The position numbers and the translations under genes are program-made. Shown in pieces: positions 36,979 to 47,316 of a DNA stretch of 47,316 nucleotides (positions are counted from its first letter, which is position 1; each line of letters starts with the position of its first letter). The notes beneath the pieces are model-generated. The model saw only the letters and a program-made list of their open reading frames with translations, was not told the DNA's origin and did no database searches. Source of the DNA: Phoronis australis (Eukaryota; Animalia; Phoronida); contig NMRA01000058.1 of NCBI GenBank assembly GCA_002633005.1, positions 909,726-957,041 of the forward strand. The letters run 5' to 3'.

Positions 36979-39213
36979 CAGGCCCGTAGCTAGGGGGGTT
37001 AGGGGGGGTTCGATCGAAAACCNCCCCCCCCCTCCGCGGGAAAGATCCAGCCACGACCTATCCGTTAAAGATGGGATGTAGATAGACAACAACAACAAAA
37101 TTGTTGCAGTTATTGGTACCACTAACTACAATGATAACTAAGTAACTTATAATTTTGAATTTAGTTCACGTAATTATCGGGCCGTACACAGTCAACTTCG
37201 CCCGAATGGTGCTTGATGATAGGATCGTGAAGACTATTAGAGGAGGCTTTATGTTATTCATCGGTACTGAACGCGTGTGGTGGTTACAACATAGGGTACC
37301 AAGGGAGTCTAGAAGTAAATGTCTATACCTAAATAGGCTATATAGCAGCGAGAGAGCTCCCAAAAGGTAGTTCCGAGTGAACGTCTTAAAATCGACCAAG
37401 AAACAAAATAGCAAAAAAGTAGGTTTATCTGCTATTTTGATAGTGGCAGAGTACGGTAAAGTGCAGACATTTTCAAATTTCCGGCCGCTTTGGTTGTGGA
37501 TTGGTGGATGACATGCAATTGCGTATACACGTGTGTGCGTTTCCATTCTTTTATATTCAGTACACTATAGGCAGTCCTACGTCGTTGCTCAAAAATCAGA
37601 CATTTAACTACATGGGCGGCGCACCATAGGGGGTTGGGGGGGCTATAGTCCCCACTTTCTTCAGTGTTGCGCCGCCCATGGTCTATGCCGGGGGGCGGTG
37701 CACCACAGGGGGATATAGCCCTCACTTTTTTCAGTGCTGCACAACCATGAACTACCGTATTTTCTTGCATTTAGAAAACCCCGACGAACATGTTCATATT
37801 ATTAGAGAAAAGTAGGTCTAGACCTAATAAAATCTTTGGTCAACGAAGAAAGTCTTCTCTTGTCAATCAGTGCCGATGGCGAACAGCCTCGCAGGCGTCA
37901 TACGAGCAAAAAACTTGATGGAAAAGATTTCCAAGGTTATAGGTCACTATTCCGAATGTTCATCACTCCGAAAGTCCACTACTCAGAAGTTACTGCGAAG
38001 GTTCGCTACCTTCAAAAGTTCAATCTACTTCGAATGTCCACAATTCCCTAACCCAAACTCCGACAGTTCATTACTCTGCCTTGTCTGCTAACGAGTCGTA
38101 CCTGACATGAGAAAAGTATTGTATTTGTGCCCATTAAGTAAAAATTTCAAGGGTTAGGGAGTACAAAAGTTGAATTAGTTCTTAAAACATCGATTACATT
38201 GTTTACAAATGAGCTCAGTTCCAATCACTGCCAATCGTGAATCTTAAATCTAACGACTCATTCACTCTCAAGCAGGGACATCACGTCAGGACTTCAGCGA
38301 CCAATAGCGGCGATTTAAAATTTAAGACGACTGAACGGGACTCTCCGACTTCGTGAAGACTGTCAGGGACAGGGTAGCCTACTAACTACATTTAGTTTCG
38401 ACCCGACCAGGCGCGTGGTTCCGATGGGTGAGTTCGAGGGGCAGCAGCCCTAAACTAGCTCAGTCACGCTGTGAAATGATGCGTTCCAAGAATGGATTTG
38501 ATGAATGTATCGTGATTGACATTTCAATATTCCTACTTCTTAATCTCTTAAAAATTCAAGTACATAACCATTTTCCGTATTCGAAAGACATGCGGGCATG
38601 AAATCCGGGCGTTGTTTGAGCATAGGTACACGACCTAGTGCATTTAATAACCGAAGTGTCGTTTATTTCTACATGTAAAAGGGGATGTCTGACACTCCCA
38701 AGTCCGAAATTTTAGATCTTTTCGGAGTAGTGGACCTTCGGAATAGTGAACCTTCAGAGTAGTGAACCATTGGAATACTGAGTTGTTCCCATTTCCAGCG
38801 ATGCAAAATACAACCAGATTAAAATATTCAAGTCGGTCATGCTTCGATTAAATATTTCCGACCGAGTATGTAATGAGGTACGTGTAATCACTCATTTACA
38901 CGCCCGGTTTGAAAGTTTGGCAGAGGGCAACGTGGAAACATTCTCTTTATGGACCACATTATATCCGAATTTGGGTCCCCGTTCTTTGTGAGCAACCGTA
39001 AGGGCATCCTCATTTCTGGTATTACGAATTCCGTCTGATCAGTTGCGAACATAGAGTTGAAAGTCGTCGTTGTGTATATAGATTTCCCTCCCCCAAGAGA
39101 AACTGCGTCAAGGGCCTTGGCGAAAACTCTACAGTGTCGACGTTTGTAAAACATCAAAGGTTGCCGTACCAGAAATTCGAACCGCCCCCCACGCAATGCT
39201 GGCTACGCGCCTG
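36979..39213. mobile_element. Composite non-autonomous hAT-like element, copy A (TIR CAGGCCCGTAGC / GCTACGCGCCTG)
   Basis: Inverted termini. The internal blocks 38255-38540 and 38600-39213 are colinear with 40915-41350 and 42420-43040. No clean TSD is visible. Confidence 0.65.
37611..37749. mobile_element. Dimeric mini-MITE (2 x ~70-bp hairpin units) with 5-bp TSD AACTA
   Basis: AACTA|CATGGGCGGCGCA..TGCGCCGCCCATG..GGGCGGTGCAC..GTGCTGCACAACCATG|AACTA. Confidence 0.8.
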
Positions 39214-40400
39214 AAACCATCATAGCGCTGGAGGAAAATGCTCAAGCTATATTCCCGTAGAACCCCACCTGATGGCATTGACACGATTACAAGTACTTTT
39301 TGCCGTTTATGCCATTGGCTAGCCTCAAACAATTCAATGATCCTGACTGGTCTGTGGAAAAGGTTATAAAGCGCTTCCAATTTTTCAAATAATTTGTCAA
39401 CTTCAGTTGACGCAGTGGCCAAGACCGAAAGCGCAAGGCTGAGGTTGTGAGAATAACAATGAAAGTATAGAACATGCTGCCGGTCTAACCCATTGTTCAC
39501 AAGCGCTTGAAGAACATCGTACTCACCACTCATATTGGAGGCGCCTTCATATGTTTGGGCGATGTGATTGTCAAAGGGTACACATTTTCTATTCAGAGCT
39601 GTGAGTCTCTCGTTGAATAATTCTTTCGCGGTTGTGCCGAAGGGGCGTTTGCAAAACAATAAATATTCAGAGCATCTTCCGTCGATCCTAACAACTCTAA
39701 CGCAAATATTCAGATATTCGTCATTAGAAATGTCCGGAGTAGTATCGGCAATCAAAGTCAATGCTGGAGAATCTCGAATCTTCTCTACAATGGCTAACAT
39801 GGTCTCACCTCTAATGGTCTTGTTTGTGTTGTGTTGTGTTGGTGAGAAACGACAATTTGGGCCCAGTTTTACTAATGGCTGACTCATTTTCACACTTGAT
39901 ATTACAAGGCATTACCTTTTGTGATTCGTCATTAGCTCATCAAATTTGCCACACATTTTTTTGTTTCAAGAAAATTGCCGGCATTCGCATGGTGTTTATT
40001 CAGTTATTCTGTGTGACCTCTGAAACGAAAGCCTACCTTACCATGCCTGAGGAATATAACTGTATCGATGATGCGTCTGACAAGGTGCCTGTTCTGCACT
40101 TCTACTTTCTTCTGATCAAGACTGCAGCATTGACATTCGCGTCCGATTTTTCGTGATTTTGCCAGCTTCGTGGGCCTGCCGCTTTTACGTTTCTGCAAAG
40201 CAGGTATACCCCTTGCCACCATGTCGCATATTTCAGCAACGTGCGATTCGCTTTCAATCTCATTACAAATGGGCACAACGGTACTTGAAGCATTTAAAGT
40301 TTCAAACTGGGGCGTAGCTGAGTCAAAGACATGCATTTGACGCATGTTTTTCATTGATCATTGAGGCAATATTTAATGGTGCAAGTACATCGAATGTACA
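39214..40400 (-). pseudogene. Degenerate hAT transposase (ZMYM1/DUF4371-like), N-terminal/catalytic half
   Basis: NRHLVRRIIDTVIFL..FRGHTE; FSPTQHN; LIADTTPDIS.DEYLNICVRVV; GTTAKELF; AQTYEGASNMSG; YFHCYSHNLSLAL (CxxH motif). Broken by stops and frameshifts. Confidence 0.85.
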
Positions 40401-40959
40401 CTGAGGGACTCGTCCTCGGTATAGTTAGGTGCATGACATTTCAAAAGGGGATTCGCTTTGCTCCAATCCTAAGCATAGATGAACCTGTTTCTGCTACTTT
40501 TATGGATTTTTTTTCATAAAATACACTAGCTGTTTGATTTCTTGGTCTCTGAGAACTTTCATCTCCCTGTTCTCGGAACAAGACTGATGGTTTCCGATCA
40601 TCGGGTCTCAAATTGTATTACGCATTTTGACATATGATGAAGTATATCGAAATACACGAATCATGCAAGCACCCAGGGGGGGGCTCGAACGACCTCCCCC
40701 CCTCCATTTGGGCAAAAAGGTCCGCCACATAGAAACAAAAAGTCCGAAAAAATAAGAAAAAGAACCCACCCGCGGAAAAGGTGTAGCCCCAGCATATCCG
40801 TTAAAGATATTTTTAAGTAAGGATACAGAGGGACAACAACTACCTTCGAAAATTCACTACTTCAAATTTTCCCAAGCAGAAGTTCGATAGTTCAATACTT
40901 TGATTGTCTGCTCACGACTCATTCTCAAGTATACAGGGACAACATCTGGGGCCTGGTTC

Positions 40960-41102
40960 CATGGGCGGCGCACCACAGGGGGCTGGGGGGCAATAGCCGC
41001 CCACTTATTTCATTTCTGCGCTGCCCATGGGCATGGGGGCGCGCACTATAGGGGGCTGGGGGGCTGTGGTCCACCAATTATTTCAGTGCTGCGCCGCCCA
41101 TG
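40960..41102. mobile_element. Second dimeric mini-MITE, TSD GGTTC/GGGTC
   Basis: CATGGGCGGCGCA..GCTGCCCATG GG CATGGGGGCGCGCAC..TGCGCCGCCCATG; absent from the homologous site in copy A (~38280). Confidence 0.8.
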
Positions 41103-41361
41103 GGGTCAGGGCTGCGGCGACCAACGACGGTTTTAAATTTAAGAAGAGTGAACGGGACTCCCTGACTTCGTGAAGACTGGCAGGGACTGGGTGGCCTACT
41201 AACTACATTTAGTTTCGATGCGGCCGTGCGCGAGGTTCCTTGGGTGAGGTTGAGGCGCAGCGGCCCTAAACTTTTCAGTCGTGCTACGATGCGATCTTGA
41301 CATTGACTTGATAAATGCATCTTGGTTAATAATTCATCAATATTCCTACTTCATATTCTTT

Positions 41362-42290
41362 TAACAAGAGCAACGCGGAGCGTTGAAATGCGCCCACGAA
41401 TGCAACGCATATGGTGTGCTTTTACGGTCGTTTATTTGTATCATAAAAATGGCCACTAAATGGAGCAAAAACTCCAATCCATACGAAAACGGTAACATGT
41501 CATTGCTTCCTTAATAGAAAGCTATTCACCAAATTTAATAAAAATCTGTCTAGGAACTTCAAAGAAACATAGGAAAACAGAATAAAATGAAATTTCCACT
41601 AGGTGGCACAGCGTTCGTTGGGTCCGCCTGAAAGTCGTCGTTGTCTGTTGTTAGCTTCATATAAATACACTTACTAAATTTAATAAAGATCCTGCTTTAG
41701 GGGATACAGCTATGTGCGCAAAACAAAACAAAACAAAACAATCACTACGAAACGCCACAGTAGCCAAAGGCGTCATCGTCAACCGTCATCTTTAACACAG
41801 AGAACATAAACCCCAATTTTCCGCAAAACCGTCCTTAGAATGGTTTGGTTGATGGAGAGTGGATGCTAAAAAACAAACTCGAAAACAGCAAAAATGGCCA
41901 CTAGATGACGCAAAATACCTCGATTCCATCCGAAAACAGGAGGATAGCCTCATCTCACCAATAGATCCCCCCTATATTCAAAATTTTATGAAAATCCGTA
42001 GAAGACCTTTGAAGATACAAAAGTAAACGTAAAAAAACTAAAATTGCCACAAGGAGGCCCACCGGTAGTCATATCCGTCCGAAAGCCGTCGTCGTCCGTT
42101 GTCAACATCATATAAATACACTTGATAAATTTAGTAAAGATCTTGCAAACGGTTAAGGAGATACAGCCATATAGTATGAAAATACATGCCAATTTTCACA
42201 ATCATCCTTAGAGCATTTTGGTTGATAGAGGACGGACGGACGGAGATGACGGCATAATGCGTCCACATATAAATATGGGGGCGCATCAAA
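41362..42290 (+). mobile_element. Helentron/HINE (DINE-1/pearl-like) non-autonomous element with internal ~145-160-bp tandem units
   Basis: Starts TAACAAGAG..AATGCGCCCA, has a (GACG)n microsatellite at 42230 and a terminal hairpin ATGCGTCCACATA..TATGGGGGCGCAT followed by an A-run. Inserted at a TT/AA site and absent from copy A. Confidence 0.6.
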
Positions 42291-44412
42291 ATGGAAATGT
42301 GTACTCATTAACCGTGTTAAGACATGAGGTCAATTTCGCATGCACATTGAAAATGAATCCAGACAGTAACCATCGCCTCTAGTTATACAGCCGAGCTAGA
42401 AGGTGGTCACTGTCTACATGAAATCCGAATAAAGTGTTTTAGCACCCGGGCGTTGTTTTCGATATAGGTGCATCTAATAACCGAAGTATCGTTTATTTTT
42501 GCTTATAAAAGTATAAAAATTATACACCTGAGTATGAAAGTTTAGATATTTTCAGAGCAGTGAACCTTCGGAGCAGAAAACCTTCGAAGTAGTGGACTGT
42601 TCCCATTTCCAGCGCTGTAAGAAACTTCAGTAACGCGCAAAAATACAAAATAAACAATTTCGTCAAGTCATTCTCCAACTAAACTTTTTATTTCCGTCCG
42701 AGAATGTAATGAGGTGTAGTCACTCATTTAAGCATGCCTGGTTTGAAATTTTGGCAGGAGGTGACGAGAGAACGTTCTCTTGCTGGACCACATCCGAATT
42801 TGTGTTCCGTTCTTTGCGAACAACCGCCACAGCATCCTCCTCTCTGGTATTAACAAGTTCCGTCTCATCTCAGAAACATAGAGAGTCACTCGTCGTGTAT
42901 ACAGATTACCCTTCCCTCTAATTAAGCTGCGTCAAGGGCCTTACCGAAAACTCTACAGTGTCGACGTTCGCAAAATGTCAAAGATCCATCGTTCTAGAAA
43001 TTTGAATCCCCCCACCGCTCATAATGCTGGCTACGGGCCAGCAGTGTATTGTCTATGTACGGACACGTGTTAAGTCGTGCTGGATTATAACATGGTTGAT
43101 TAGGATTGCATCATCAAGCCAATATATCATCACCGGAACAAGAGTTCTTATTTTTGATCAACTCACCGTCAAGAGATGGACCATTTCAAAACGCATAGTT
43201 TTCAGACACTGTAACTATTCAAATGTCTCCAGTCATCTCACGACCACGTTGTCCACAAACAGCGACAAACCTAAATAAAGCCAGCCGAGGCATATTTCGG
43301 TTCCAATGTGTCCAATAAAAAAGCCGCACAAAAGCGCGAAGTCTCTTCTTAACCATCTGCACATTAGTGTCTCCATGCCTCAATTAACCCAGGACCCAGT
43401 AAACAATGGTAACTGGGTCCTAGGTTCTCATAATTGTTCAACCAAGTGGGTAACGATAGTGAACTCGTTTGACCTTTCAACTCAGTAGACGATCAATAGG
43501 CTTAACAAAGCCGTATCAACGTATGGGCAAGCTGGGTGGTAATGTTCTGTTTCAGCACGAGGACATCACTATACAAAACCATGGGATAAGTCAAAGCGAT
43601 GGTAAACAACCGGTAGGGAAATGTAATGAGTTCAGATGGCGGTAACAATGGTACCGACGCGGCAGTCGACAACACACTTTTAAGATTAAGCAAATAACGC
43701 AGAACTACTAGTACTACACGTTATCAAATATCTGTGAAGCCAATGATAATCGAGAAATTTTACACTGAGATTTTCATATCACTTGGGTACAACCGCATGG
43801 ATTATTCATTATTGACCGGCAAGAAGAATGGCTGAATCACACCAGTACCGGCGAGCACCATGATGCAATACTTCTCACTAAATGCACAGACACCACACAG
43901 ACAGCTTGACAGAGTGAATTCAATAAACAAGTTCATTTCCTTCAAAATTTATTCTACACTACACGTACCTTTTAAACACCGTCCAAGCTTCTGTCCACTA
44001 GCCGTAAATATATCAGTTGAATGAAAACTGCTCACAGAACTATCACCATGACCGAGAGAGAACACAACCGTGTACTACAACAACGTGTGTATATTGTGTA
44101 CATATTTACTATGATCATTCAATATTGCCTGACCCAGTTACTTACGAGTGCTGTGATTGGTCAATGGAAATTCTTTTTCCATTGGCGGGAAAATTTGTGT
44201 CAATCATGATTCTTCACTCCATTCTCCAAATTGACCTATCGCAACCTCCGCCCCCTTGCGTAATGTCGACTAACAAACAATGAGTTTTACCCGGCAATGT
44301 GTTGTTGTCGGGTAAAATGGCGGCTTGGAAACGAAGGCGTGTCAATAATGCTGCATTCTAAATGGTCAGTTAAGCCGTCATTCAAAATTCTGGCGATAGG
44401 TCAATAGGCGTG

Positions 44413-44553
44413 CGTTCAGTAGACACTAGGACCTACGCTAGGACCTAGCTAAAACCTAGTCAAAGTCACGTGATCTCATTTAAAATGCACGGCAATATCT
44501 CACGTAATCTCGCGAAGTCTTGCTTTTTAGCGAGGTCCTAGTGTTACTGAACG
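44413..44553. mobile_element. ~140-bp MITE with ~21-bp TIRs
   Basis: CGTTCAGTAGACACTAGGACCT ... AGGTCCTAGTGTTACTGAACG. Confidence 0.7.
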
Positions 44554-45197
44554 GGAGGCAGCGGTTGCCCTTTATGTCAGTGCCTTTTGTTAATTCTCAT
44601 GGTTATCATCGGGAGCTGAAGATAAAAGTTGTATCGGAAACTACTAAACCAATCATGTTCAGACTATACTTGCCTGTCAATAAATTGGACTTCGGTCCTT
44701 TTTGCCAATGTTCTAAGTCTTCTTCAAATGACTCTTTGGTCTGGAATTGGTTCCTACAGTTACGAGTTCTGTTTACCTGGCTCGGGCAGTTTTATAGTTT
44801 TTTGCGGCACCCTCAATTTCCAATTCAACTATAAAAACAATAACAAAAACCTCTCTTGGGCATTCTAGGGTATTACATCTTCAGTTCGACAAAAAACGCT
44901 GTCGCTTATTGCAGCGAACATTTCACTCCTACGTTTTGGCTTAGACCCAGACATCCCGCTTTTATCCTGAAACACTCTTGGTTTTTAGAATTAAAGAATA
45001 TTTTTAAACTAGTCAGGTATTCTATGCGAAATGATAATTACTTTTCAATTAAATTAATTATCTTTTGCTTCTGGTGTAATCATCAAGAACTTACTAAGGG
45101 CTTCTAATGACATCGCTCTTGTGCAATTTGGTTGAAAAACGGCGGAATTATGAAGAGTTTTAAGGTCAGTAAATTCCATAGCATGTGTACCCAATTA

Positions 45198-45250
45198 GAT
45201 ACATGCATACATACATACATACATACATATATACATACATACATACATAG
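45198..45250. repeat. (TACA)n microsatellite, probably part of a HINE-like 3' end (to ~45305)
   Basis: Read directly; followed by a short hairpin-like AGCGAAGCTCACTGCT and ATAAA. Confidence 0.8.
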
Positions 45251-46524
45251 ACCTAACTCACGCAGCAGACATTAAAATCCAAAGCGAAGCTCACTGCTAT
45301 AAACAAAGCGGAAATTTACATTGCGTGAGTTAAATGGTCGGTCTTTCGAGTCCAACCTGGATATTAAATCTTGAAAATGTGTCGATAATTAACCACAGAG
45401 ACGTAGAAAAATACATTAGAGAACAAGTCAATGCACCAAAGAGTTGTCTGACGAAAGGGTATAAGTTTTTTTTCGGAAAACTATGTTCGAAACATGAAAA
45501 GTAAATATGACCAAACTGCGTCACGGTAGTGTTACGGATTAGGTATTATGCTAAATGCAGGGTTACGTTTCTTCTTGTAAATTGTTGATAAAAATGCTTT
45601 CTACACGAACCAGATCATCTATTTGTATTGTTGACGAGTTGAAGATATATTCAACAGTCTCTCATCGCATTTTGCTGTCATGTGCAATTAGTCACATCTG
45701 GTTTAATTTGTTAATCAAAAGTATTAACATCAAGCATATAGCCTATGTCCTGGTGAGGTAGGGACTACCGGGACTAACAAGTGATTTGTCATTGATCTGA
45801 AAGAATAACTGATGTTATTAAATATATTTTTTATTAAAATAAAAAAACGGGCTTGCAATTGAAAATGAAATTATTTGACCTTTTTTAACTTTTGAAAAAA
45901 AAAATAAAAACCAAGCACAGCCTCAGAAGTCGCTTTCGCATTATATCCAGGTTCACATTCACAAGTAACTATTTGACCATCAATTCTGCTTTCTTGGTTT
46001 TAATAATTCTTATATACGTCTATTTCATGTGTTAGGTTTCAAATATCAATCTGGACCAAGTTGAATTTTAAAATTAAACTGACGCCTAACTCGTTCGTCC
46101 AAAGCATAACCTTGTTTTTGAGCTCAATTTCAGTTAACTGCACAGATCAAGCATAGTTATCGTGTTTCTTCAGGGGCCTCGTTCATCCGAGGAAAGGTGC
46201 TTGTGTGCCTTCGTGAGAGGGGCATTTTTTCGCCGAGTGAGGGGAAAATCTAACTCCCGATCATCATCAATAGCACACCCGCCCTGTGCTCTTTCAAATT
46301 GTCACCTGTGTGGATACACGTGATTTGAACTTCGGAGAGAACACTAGGATAATTTTTAGGGCCTCTTGATTTTATCAGTCTTTTTACCGTCTTCATCGGT
46401 CTATATCCACATCGCCTCATATACGGTCGACCTCACCTTGCCGAGAGGTGTCGTGTTAACCTTTGAGGAAGGTGACAAACGACGCAGCGACGTCAGTGGT
46501 TTGTCTGCAGATTGACTGCCTCTA

Positions 46525-46750
46525 TACTGCCTTCCATCATTCCCGAACTATGAAGCTGCGAAGAAAGCGGATATATCGTTTTTCGACTTCCTCGAGACCC
46601 CGAAATGCTTAGGAAGTAACTCGCGGTAGTGAAGAATGAAAGGTACGATGATAATAGCAAGTATGAGGTCGTGAAACATCTCCGTGTCTGTGGCCGGCAT
46701 TTCGTCGACAATTCTGGCTTACCAAAGAACTATCCATGCTTTCTGTTGCC
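46525..46750 (+). pseudogene. Degenerate THAP zinc-finger domain (transposon relic)
   Basis: YCLPSFPNYEAAKKADISFF / (frameshift) RLPRDPEMLRK*LAVVKNERYDDNSKYEVVKHLRVCGRHFVD. It matches the THAP pattern F.hP.D....W...RVC..HF, with the conserved Trp replaced by TAA at 46617-46619. Confidence 0.7.
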
Positions 46751-47316
46751 TGTGCATGTTCACAGCGCCTCTCTCTAGTATTTCTTGATCAGTGTATTCC
46801 AGTTCGAACTGAGCCTGTGAAACCTAACGATCCGACCCGTGAAGTGTTTGTCGGATGAGCTCTTGACCAAGTCGGGATTGGCGCCGGGCGAGTTGCCATG
46901 TAAACGTTTATTATTCTGCGTTCTGTTTCAAAATGAATTATTCTCATCCTAATTAATGCTTATATAAACTGAAACAAAGTCTGTCTCATTAGATACAATT
47001 TGTAATGCCTTTGCAGTATTCGTGAATGCAAATGTTGAGAAGCCAGCAATGAATAAACCACTGCGTTACCGGCTTTTGATGCTGGCAATCAGTAATTGAC
47101 CGGGCACCTAGGCCGTGTGAGCGCATGCTAATTCAGTGTTTGCTGACAGAAAGCCGTTGTGAAACAATTAACAATTACTCGATTTTATATGCTATGGTCA
47201 CTTGTTTGGGGAATCTTTATTTAGAAATACGAATACATTATTCAAATCATTGCTACTGTACAACCTCTTCCCTGACTGCTTGTGGAAGGGGAACCCGACT
47301 TCGCCCCCCCCCCCCC

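Larger units (their letters stand above)
40662..43040. mobile_element. Composite non-autonomous element, copy B (same family as 36979-39213, with additional nested insertions)
   Basis: Shares tatccgttaaagat, gacttcgtgaagactg.cagggac..ctactaactacatttagtttcga and the ~600-bp 3' block ending atgctggctacg.gcc. Confidence 0.7.

Noticed and set aside
39129-39893. Intact domesticated ZMYM1-like gene
   Set aside because: The flanking parts are broken by stops, frameshifts and nested insertions, and the YDGA motif reads YEGA. It is a decayed transposase.

Overview
AT-rich, intron-rich animal genomic DNA. The repeat content suggests a marine invertebrate, possibly a mollusc, but that is inference. There is a 773-N assembly gap at 2610-3382. 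I reconstructed three spliced genes exon by exon with GT-AG boundaries. (1) MINDY3/FAM188A deubiquitinase on the minus strand, ATG 10773, running off the window start; two conserved exons are not visible and probably lie in the gap. (2) LCMT2/TYW4 tRNA wybutosine methyltransferase on the plus strand, head-to-head with MINDY3, stop at 23487. (3) A 495-aa SLC7 L-type/heteromeric amino-acid transporter light chain on the minus strand, 35281-26985. The rest is dense with mobile DNA. The most striking element is a 537-bp non-autonomous LTR element (TRIM) at 11243-11779 whose LTRs contain a tRNA-like Pol III cassette; it has a tRNA-Ser PBS and a PPT, and a probable solo LTR lies nearby. Also present: a ~1-kb foldback palindrome in MINDY3 intron 1, tRNA-derived SINEs, a decayed hAT transposase split by nested MITEs, CATG-ended MITEs with 5-bp TSDs, a Helentron/HINE-like element carrying CTCF-like motifs at ~150-bp spacing, THAP-domain relics and minisatellites. 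Most ORFs in the supplied six-frame track are spurious.
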